Positions 55,155 through 62,007 of a stretch of 64,000 nucleotides of DNA are shown here, piece by piece. Origin of the DNA: Candidatus Omnitrophota bacterium (lineage in GTDB: Bacteria; Omnitrophota; Gorgyraeia; Aquiviventales; Aquiviventaceae); assembly GCA_023247215.1 (NCBI GenBank), contig JAHFGX010000001.1:36880-100879 (forward strand), in the 5' to 3' direction. The notes under the pieces were generated by a model. That model was not told where the DNA came from. It worked only from the letters and a program-made list of their open reading frames with translations, and did not search any database. A program made the translations under genes and the position numbers. The stretch's first letter is position 1, and each line of letters opens with the position of its first letter.

Positions 55155-56410
55155 GCGCCATCTCCCTGCGCACCCGGGACGACTGCCGGCTGTGCGGCTC
55201 CCGGCAGTTGGATCAAGCCCTCTCGCTCAACGCCACGCCGCTGGCCAATGCGTTCGTGACCGACGCGGAGCTGGCCGTGCCCCAACCGCGGTTTCCCCTC
55301 AACCTGTGGCTCTGCCGCGCCTGCGGCCATCTGCAATTGCGGGACGTCGTGGACCCCGAGCTGCTGTTCCGCAACTACGTGTACGTGTCCGGCACCTCGC
55401 CGGTCTTTGTGGAGCATTTCCGCCGCTACGCGGAGGCGATGCTGGCGTTCACTCGGATGCCGGCGGGGTCAGCCGTCGTCGAGATCGGCAGCAATGACGG
55501 CACGCTGCTGCGGTTCTTCCAGCAGGCCGGCATGCAGGTGCTCGGGGTGGATCCGGCCCGGGCAATTGCCGCCCAGGCGACCGCCTCCGGAATTTCCACC
55601 CGGCCGGATTTCTTCACGCCGGAGATGGCGCGCGCGTTGAAGCGGGAAAGGTGGGAGGCCAGGTTGATCGCGGCCAACAACGTCTTCGCCCATGCGGATG
55701 ATCTGGGCGGCATGGTGGACGGCGTGGCGCATCTGCTGGCCCCGGCCGGGGTATTCGTGTTTGAGGTCTCCTACCTGGTGGATGTGCTGGACAAGCTGCT
55801 CTTCGACACCATCTATCACGAGCACGTGAGCTACCATACCGTCACGCCGCTGCGCGACTTCTTCCGCCGGCACGGGCTGGAGCTGGTGGATGCCATCCGC
55901 GTGGACCCGCATGGCGGGTCGCTGCGCGGGATCGCCCAGCGCCTGGGCGGGCCGTGGCCGGTCAGCCCGCGGGTGGAGGAGCTGGTGGCGTTGGAGCGCG
56001 AACGGGGGATGGCCAGCCTCGAGACCTACCGGACGTTTCACGACCGGATTGCCGGGCTCAAGGCGCCATTGCTGGAGCTGCTGCGAAGCCGCAAAGCGCA
56101 GGGGCGCAGGATTGCCGGCTTCGGGGCGCCGGCCAAGGCGACGACGCTGATGTTCCATTTCGACATCGGTCCGGACCTGGTGGACTATGTCGTGGATGAC
56201 AGCCCGTGGAAGCAGGGGCTCTATTCGCCCGGCCACCACCTGCCGGTGCGTCCGGCCTCCGCCCTCTATGAGTCGTCGCTGCGCCCGAATGATGCGTTGA
56301 TCCTCGCCTGGAATTTCGCGCCCTCCATCCTGGCCAAGCACCGCGCCTTCCTGGAGGGAGGCGGGGAGTTCATCGTGCCGCTGCCGGCGCTGGAAGTGGT
56401 GAAGCGATGA
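55151..56410 (+). CDS. NDP-hexose C-methyltransferase (TylC3/NovU-like; zinc ribbon plus Methyltransf_13/14 domains)
   Basis: CRLCGS ... CRACGH zinc ribbon; SAM motif VVEIGSNDGTLL; C-terminal C-methyltransferase-type domain. ATGA overlap. Confidence 0.65.
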   Translation: MSAISLRTRDDCRLCGSRQLDQALSLNATPLANAFVTDAELAVPQPRFPLNLWLCRACGHLQLRDVVDPELLFRNYVYVSGTSPVFVEHFRRYAEAMLAFTRMPAGSAVVEIGSNDGTLLRFFQQAGMQVLGVDPARAIAAQATASGISTRPDFFTPEMARALKRERWEARLIAANNVFAHADDLGGMVDGVAHLLAPAGVFVFEVSYLVDVLDKLLFDTIYHEHVSYHTVTPLRDFFRRHGLELVDAIRVDPHGGSLRGIAQRLGGPWPVSPRVEELVALERERGMASLETYRTFHDRIAGLKAPLLELLRSRKAQGRRIAGFGAPAKATTLMFHFDIGPDLVDYVVDDSPWKQGLYSPGHHLPVRPASALYESSLRPNDALILAWNFAPSILAKHRAFLEGGGEFIVPLPALEVVKR

Positions 56411-57468
56411 GCCGGCTGTACGTTCCCAGCGACATCGAGCAGATTGTGGACGGGCTGGGCCCGGACGCCGGCGCGTTTGACGGCGCGTCCATCCTCCTCT
56501 GCGGCGGGCACGGGTTCCTGGGCCGGTATTTCACCGCCGTCTTCGCCGCGCTGAACCGCCGGGTGCTGAGGGCGCCCTGCCGCCTCATCGTGATGGACAA
56601 CAACGCGACCGGCGGTCCCGCGGTCACGCCTCCGGCGGATGCCGGCTATGAGTTCATCGCGCACGACATCACGCAGCCCGTCACCCTGCCGATGCCGATG
56701 GACTACATTATCCACGCGGCCGGGATCGCCAGCCCGGCTTATTACCAGCGGTTCCCCCTGGAGACGCTGGAGGTCGCCACCCTCGGCACCAAGCACCTGC
56801 TGTTGTTGGCTCGGCAGCAGCCGCGCCTCAAAGGGTTCCTGTTCTTCAGCTCCAGCGAGATCTACGGCGACCCGGACGAGCGGCACCTGCCCACACCGGA
56901 GACCTACCAGGGCAACGTCTCCTGCATCGGGCCGCGGGCCTGCTACGATGAATCCAAGCGGCTCGGCGAGACGCTCTGCGCGATCTTCCATGAGCGCCAC
57001 GGCGTGCCGACGGCGATGGTCCGTCCCTTCAACGTGTACGGACCGGGCATGCAGGAGCGCGATTATCGCGTGCTGCCGAACTTCGCCAGCCGCATCGTCG
57101 CGGGCCAGCCGATCCACGTGTACGGCCACGGCCGGCAGACGCGCACCTTCTGCTACGTGACCGATGCGGTGACCGGGTTCCTGAAGGCGCTCCTCGCGGG
57201 GCATCGGGGGGAGCCCTACAACATCGGCAATCCCACGCCGGAGATTTCCATGTTCGAGCTGGCCAAGACGCTGGAACGCGTTTTGGGCCGGTCGCTGGAC
57301 ATCCGCCTGGCGTCTTACCCGGACAGCTATCCCCAGGACGAGCCGCAGCGCCGCTGCCCGGACATCAGCAAGGCCGCGGCGCATCTGGGCTATGCGCCGG
57401 CCGTGCCGCTTGAGGAGGGGTTGAAGCGATTCATGGCGTGGGCGGCGGCCAACTACGCCGGGGCATGA
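56407..57468 (+). CDS. NAD-dependent epimerase/dehydratase family protein
   Basis: ILLCGGHGFLGRY Rossmann motif; SSSEIYG; CYDESK (YxxxK). Confidence 0.7.
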   Translation: MSRLYVPSDIEQIVDGLGPDAGAFDGASILLCGGHGFLGRYFTAVFAALNRRVLRAPCRLIVMDNNATGGPAVTPPADAGYEFIAHDITQPVTLPMPMDYIIHAAGIASPAYYQRFPLETLEVATLGTKHLLLLARQQPRLKGFLFFSSSEIYGDPDERHLPTPETYQGNVSCIGPRACYDESKRLGETLCAIFHERHGVPTAMVRPFNVYGPGMQERDYRVLPNFASRIVAGQPIHVYGHGRQTRTFCYVTDAVTGFLKALLAGHRGEPYNIGNPTPEISMFELAKTLERVLGRSLDIRLASYPDSYPQDEPQRRCPDISKAAAHLGYAPAVPLEEGLKRFMAWAAANYAGA

Positions 57469-57574
57469 AGCGCCGGGCCACGGGTCCTGCCGCCTGCGAT
57501 GGCCCGTCGGCTTCGCGCGCCGGGCGCCCATCTCCGGCGTCACCCGTGGCCAATTCGGTCGCAGCCGGCGACGT

Positions 57575-58558
57575 GTGACGATGGCCGCCGCGGTGAGAAT
57601 AGGGTTGATTGGGTTGGGGCGGTGGGGGCAGGTGTATGTGCGCGCCCTGGCGGCGCTGCCATCACGCTGCCGATTGACGCACGTGGGGACGCGCCATCCG
57701 GAGCGCCTGAAAGGGTTGGGGGCGGCGGGGGCGACCGTGGTGCCGGACTGGGCGGATGTGATCCAGGCGGAGTGCGATGCGGTCATCGTGGCGACTCCGC
57801 CCCAGACGCACGCGGCGCTGTTGGAGGCTTGCCTCGAGGCCGGCAAACCTTGTATCATCGAGAAGCCGTTGTGCCTGGACCTCGCGGCGGCGGAGCGGTT
57901 GCATCGGCGGGTGGCCGCGAGCCGGGTGCCGGTCCTCGTGGACCACACCCAGCTCTTCAGTCCGTCGTACGGCGCGGTGAAAGAGGCGCTGGCGCGGGAG
58001 GGGGAGCCCATCCGGGTCGTGTGGTCTGAGGGCATGGCGCTGGGCCCGTTTCGTGACGACGTGCCCGCGCTGTGGGATTGGGCGCCGCACGACGTCAGCC
58101 TCTGCCTGGACCTGTTCGGCCAGGCGCCCTCGCAGGTCGCGGCGCTCGGAGGGCCGAGGAATGCCGGCGGCGCGCCGGAGATGGTGAGCCTGCGGCTGGA
58201 GTTCCCGGCCGGGGGGTGCGGGTGGATTCACGCCGGCCGGCTCTCGCCGGCGCGGCGGCGCGCGTTGAGCGTATTCACGGACACCCGCATCTACCGCGCG
58301 GATGATTCGGCCGATCCTGCCGCCGGGGTCGCGCCATTTGCGTTCGCCGCCCGGTCCGAGACCGGGCGCGCGGAGCCGGTGGAGTTCTCCCCGCTGGGTC
58401 CGGCCTCCTCCTCGCCGGCGATGGACCGTATGCTGAACTATTTTTTGGACGGCCTGGCCGGCGGCGACCGGACGAAGTTCGGCACCGGGTTGGCCACGGA
58501 GGTCGTGCGGACGCTCTCGGCGTGCGAGCCGATGCTGCACCCATCAAGAAAGCGATGA
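57575..58558 (+). CDS. Gfo/Idh/MocA family NAD(P)-dependent oxidoreductase (sugar dehydrogenase/keto-reductase)
   Basis: VRIGLIGLGRWGQ Rossmann motif; EKPL catalytic region (IIEKPLC). GTG at 57575 or ATG at 57581. Preceded by the largest intergenic gap in the right half (106 bp). Confidence 0.7.
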   Translation: MTMAAAVRIGLIGLGRWGQVYVRALAALPSRCRLTHVGTRHPERLKGLGAAGATVVPDWADVIQAECDAVIVATPPQTHAALLEACLEAGKPCIIEKPLCLDLAAAERLHRRVAASRVPVLVDHTQLFSPSYGAVKEALAREGEPIRVVWSEGMALGPFRDDVPALWDWAPHDVSLCLDLFGQAPSQVAALGGPRNAGGAPEMVSLRLEFPAGGCGWIHAGRLSPARRRALSVFTDTRIYRADDSADPAAGVAPFAFAARSETGRAEPVEFSPLGPASSSPAMDRMLNYFLDGLAGGDRTKFGTGLATEVVRTLSACEPMLHPSRKR

Positions 58559-59436
58559 ACGACATGCAGGATGCGCGGCTCAATGCAGAATGTCCTGCCT
58601 GGGGCGGGGTGGACGGGCGCGCCGCCGCGGGCGTCTTTGACGATCTGACCGCCTATCTTCAGCAGCCTCTCAAGGACATTGCGCAGGCCTATTGGCGCGA
58701 GCGGGACGGGGCGGATCAAGCCGCGCAGCGCCGGGTGGCCGAAGCGACCGATGAGGGTCCGGTCTTGTCCTATTACGCCCAGACGCCGATTTACCTCTAC
58801 CAGTTGAGCTACTGGGAGGCATGCCGCGACAAGCAGGCCTGGTTCCAGGTGGTGGAGCGCGCCTGCCGACGCTACGGGCTGATGCGCGTGCTGGATTTCG
58901 GCGGCGGGGTCGGGGGATTGACGTGTTACCTGGGCCGGCGCGGCATCCGCTGCGATTACGTGGACGTCGGCGGCAAGACCTTCGAGTACGCCGGGTGGCG
59001 GTTTCGCCGGCATGGCCTGTCCGTGCGCCAGTTTGATATTACCAAGCCGGAGCAGTTGCCCGCCGAGCCGTATGACGCGGTGCTCACGTGGGACGTGCTC
59101 GAGCATCTCTTCGACCTGGATGGCGCTCTCCAGACTATCGCGCGGCTCATCAAGTCGGGCGGGTGGTTCCTGCACAAGTCCACCTTTGCGCACGCCCATG
59201 AGGAGCATGAGCATGTGCACCTGGAGAAGCATGCGTGCTACCATGACATCAGCCAATTCAATGCGTTGGTCTGCCGTCATGGGTTCCGGTTTGTGGGGCA
59301 GCTCAAGCCCAGCCAGCTCTCCCGCGTGCTGCGGCAATGCGGCTGGCCCTATGCCGTCGCCGGCATCCGCGTGGTGCCGCGCCTAAAGCACGGAGGGAAT
59401 TTCCTCGTGCATTGCCGGAAGGCGGGTGACGCATGA
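58555..59436 (+). CDS. Class I SAM-dependent methyltransferase
   Basis: Motif I VLDFGGGVGGL; acidic VDV; motif post-II VLTWDVLEHL. ATGA overlap. Confidence 0.65.
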   Translation: MNDMQDARLNAECPAWGGVDGRAAAGVFDDLTAYLQQPLKDIAQAYWRERDGADQAAQRRVAEATDEGPVLSYYAQTPIYLYQLSYWEACRDKQAWFQVVERACRRYGLMRVLDFGGGVGGLTCYLGRRGIRCDYVDVGGKTFEYAGWRFRRHGLSVRQFDITKPEQLPAEPYDAVLTWDVLEHLFDLDGALQTIARLIKSGGWFLHKSTFAHAHEEHEHVHLEKHACYHDISQFNALVCRHGFRFVGQLKPSQLSRVLRQCGWPYAVAGIRVVPRLKHGGNFLVHCRKAGDA

Positions 59437-60140
59437 TCTGGGAGCGGACCGTCCCGATCCTGGTCTATCACCGCATCGGTGAGCCGGCGGGGGACCATGT
59501 GCCGACCGTCACGCCGGAAAGCTTTGAGCGGCAATTGGTCTGGATGGCCAAGCGGCACTATCGCGTCATCGGGCTGGCGGAAGTGGTCGAGAAGCTGCGC
59601 CGCGGCGCGCCGATCCCGCCCCGGCATCTGGTGATGACTTTCGATGACGGCTACGAAGAGACGGCAACGATCGCCGCCCCGCTGTTGCGGCGATTCGAGT
59701 TTCCCGCCACGGTGTTTGTGACCCCCAACGAGATCGGCCTGCCGGGCTTCATGACGTGGGAGCAGGTGCGCGCCATCGGGCACGAGGGCATCGCGATCGG
59801 CAGCCACACGCTGCACCACACCTACCTGCCGCTGGCCTCCGAGGAGGCGGTGGAGCTGGAACTGGTCGAGTCGAAGCGGGTGCTGGAGCAGGAGCTGGGG
59901 CAGACGGTGGACTGGCTTAGCTACCCGGTCGGCGGCTACACCCCCCAGGCGCAGGCCGTGGCCGAGGCCGCGGGCTATCGCGCGGCGTGCACGACCAACC
60001 GCGGCGTGCGCCGGCGCAATGACGACCTGTTCGCCCTCCGCCGCATCAAGATGACGGAGCGCGATCAGTATCCGCTCTCGCTCTGGGTCAAGCTCTCAGG
60101 TTATTACGATCTGTTCCGCCGGTTCGAGCACCCCTACTAA
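59433..60140 (+). CDS. Polysaccharide deacetylase (NodB homology domain, CE4)
   Basis: VMTFDDGYEE (TFDDG); His motifs SHTLHH. ATGA overlap. Confidence 0.75.
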   Translation: MIWERTVPILVYHRIGEPAGDHVPTVTPESFERQLVWMAKRHYRVIGLAEVVEKLRRGAPIPPRHLVMTFDDGYEETATIAAPLLRRFEFPATVFVTPNEIGLPGFMTWEQVRAIGHEGIAIGSHTLHHTYLPLASEEAVELELVESKRVLEQELGQTVDWLSYPVGGYTPQAQAVAEAAGYRAACTTNRGVRRRNDDLFALRRIKMTERDQYPLSLWVKLSGYYDLFRRFEHPY

Positions 60141-60142
60141 GA

Positions 60143-61294
60143 GTGCGTCCCCGGAACCCCGGTACGCCGATTCGCATCGTCGTCGGATACGTCATCGCAG
60201 GCGCCGGCCATCGCCGGGCGGCTGAGGCCATTGCCGAAGCGGCACGCCGCCGCTGGCCCTCGGCGCATGTGATCTGCGAGGACTGTCTGGCCCTCACCCC
60301 CGGATGGTGGCGCTCCGGCTACCCGTGGTTTTATGAATGGATGGTCCGTCATGCGCCAGGGTTATGGGCGTCGGGATATTGGATGCTGGACCAGGTCTGG
60401 GCGGCGCCGGTGTGGCGCCCGCTCCGGCGCCTCTGGAACAAGCTCATCGGGAACCGGTTCCTGCGGGCGCTTCGCGCGAACCCGCCGGATGTCGTCATCG
60501 CGACCCACTTTTTTCCCGCCGAGTTGCTAGCGTCAGAGCGCCGCGCCGGCCGCTTGTCGAGCCGTCTGGTCGTGGTCGTCACGGACCTCTTTCCGCATCG
60601 CCTCTGGCTCACGCCCGGAGCCGATCTCGTCGTGGTGGGATCCGAGATTACGGCCGGCTGGTGCCGGGCGCGCGGCGTTCCGGCCGAGCGGTTGGCGGTG
60701 CTGGGCGTCCCGGTGGCCGAAGCGTTCGGCCGGCCGGTGGATCGGGACGCGCTGCGCCGGCAGCTGGGGTTGGACCCGGCTCGTCGCACGGTCTTGGTCG
60801 TCAGCGGCGGCATGGGGGTCGGGCCGATGGAGCTGATCGTCCGGAAATTGTGCGAGCCTGGGTCGGCCTGGGGGGAACGGCTGCAGTTGCTGGTCGTGTG
60901 TGGCCAGAATGAGCGCCTTCGGCAGCGTTTGCAGGACGTGGCCTTGTCCGCCGCGATGCCGATGCAGGTGTTCGGATTCGTGGACACGATGCCCCAGTTG
61001 ATGCAGGCCAGCGACGTGATGGTGAGCAAGGCCGGCGGGCTGGCGGTGGCGGAAGCGGCCGCCGTGGGACTGCCGCTGGTGTTGTGCGGCGTGATCCCCG
61101 GCCAGGAGCAGTTCAATGCCGAGGTGATGGTTCGGGAAGGCGCCGCGGTCCTCGCAGAACGCCCCGAGCATGCGGTCGTGCAGGTGGTGACGCTGTTGAA
61201 TCGTCCCGCCCGCCTCGAGCTGATGCGGACGTGCGCGCAGCGGCTGGGCCGTCCCCGCGCCGCTGAGGATATTGTGGAGTGGATTGGCGGATGA
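60143..61294 (+). CDS. GT28-family glycosyltransferase (monogalactosyldiacylglycerol synthase / MurG-like; glycolipid synthase)
   Basis: N-terminal GAGHRRAAEAIAEA (the G-x-G-H of the MGDG_synth N domain); C-terminal SKAGGLAVAEAAAVGLPLV; 383 aa. GTG start. Confidence 0.6.
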   Translation: MRPRNPGTPIRIVVGYVIAGAGHRRAAEAIAEAARRRWPSAHVICEDCLALTPGWWRSGYPWFYEWMVRHAPGLWASGYWMLDQVWAAPVWRPLRRLWNKLIGNRFLRALRANPPDVVIATHFFPAELLASERRAGRLSSRLVVVVTDLFPHRLWLTPGADLVVVGSEITAGWCRARGVPAERLAVLGVPVAEAFGRPVDRDALRRQLGLDPARRTVLVVSGGMGVGPMELIVRKLCEPGSAWGERLQLLVVCGQNERLRQRLQDVALSAAMPMQVFGFVDTMPQLMQASDVMVSKAGGLAVAEAAAVGLPLVLCGVIPGQEQFNAEVMVREGAAVLAERPEHAVVQVVTLLNRPARLELMRTCAQRLGRPRAAEDIVEWIGG

Positions 61295-61301
61295 CCTGCG
61301 C

Positions 61302-61994
61302 ATGAGTGACGACGTACGGCGAATCGCGCGCGGCCTGAAGCGATACGCGGAGGGCCTGCGCGCGATTGAGGTCCGCCGGGTACCGCGCCATCGTCAGGCG
61401 TCGCCCCCGCTGCCGCGCGCGCCGGCCGGCGGCGCCAAGCGCGACGCGCTGGCGGCGCTGGTCAAGCAAGTGGAAGCCTGTCAAGCCTGCTCGCTCTACC
61501 GCACCCGCACGCACGCCGTCGTCAGTGACGGTGATCCGGACGCCAAGCTGGTGTTCATCGGGGAGGCGCCGGGCCGGGACGAAGACCTGCAGGGCAAGCC
61601 CTTCGTGGGCGCCGCGGGCCAGTTGCTCACCAAGATGATCGAGGCGATGGGCTTCGCGCGCCAGGGCGTCTACATCTGCAACGTCCTCAAAGACCGCCCG
61701 CCGGGCAACCGCCTGCCGGAGCCGGATGAGATCGAGGCCTGCCTGCCGTTTCTTGAGCAGCAGTTGGCGATCGTGCAGCCCAAGGTGATCTGCCTGCTCG
61801 GCTCGGTCGCCGCCAAGGCCATCCTCGGACCCCATGTGGCGATCACCAAAGTCCGCGGGCAGGTGTGGGACTATCACGGCACCCCGGTGGTGCCGACGTT
61901 TCATCCGGCCTACCTGCTGCGCAATCCGCCGGCCAAGAAGTTCGCGTGGGTGGATTTGAAAAAGGTCAAGCAGCTCCTCGAGGACCGCGGCTGA
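61302..61994 (+). CDS. Uracil-DNA glycosylase, family 4
   Basis: GEAPGRDEDLQGKPFVGAAGQLL signature (GEAPG ... PFVG) and HPAYLLR C-terminal motif. Housekeeping gene marking the end of the glycan locus. Confidence 0.8.
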   Translation: MSDDVRRIARGLKRYAEGLRAIEVRRVPRHRQASPPLPRAPAGGAKRDALAALVKQVEACQACSLYRTRTHAVVSDGDPDAKLVFIGEAPGRDEDLQGKPFVGAAGQLLTKMIEAMGFARQGVYICNVLKDRPPGNRLPEPDEIEACLPFLEQQLAIVQPKVICLLGSVAAKAILGPHVAITKVRGQVWDYHGTPVVPTFHPAYLLRNPPAKKFAWVDLKKVKQLLEDRG

Positions 61995-62007
61995 GCGGCC
62001 GGGCTCC

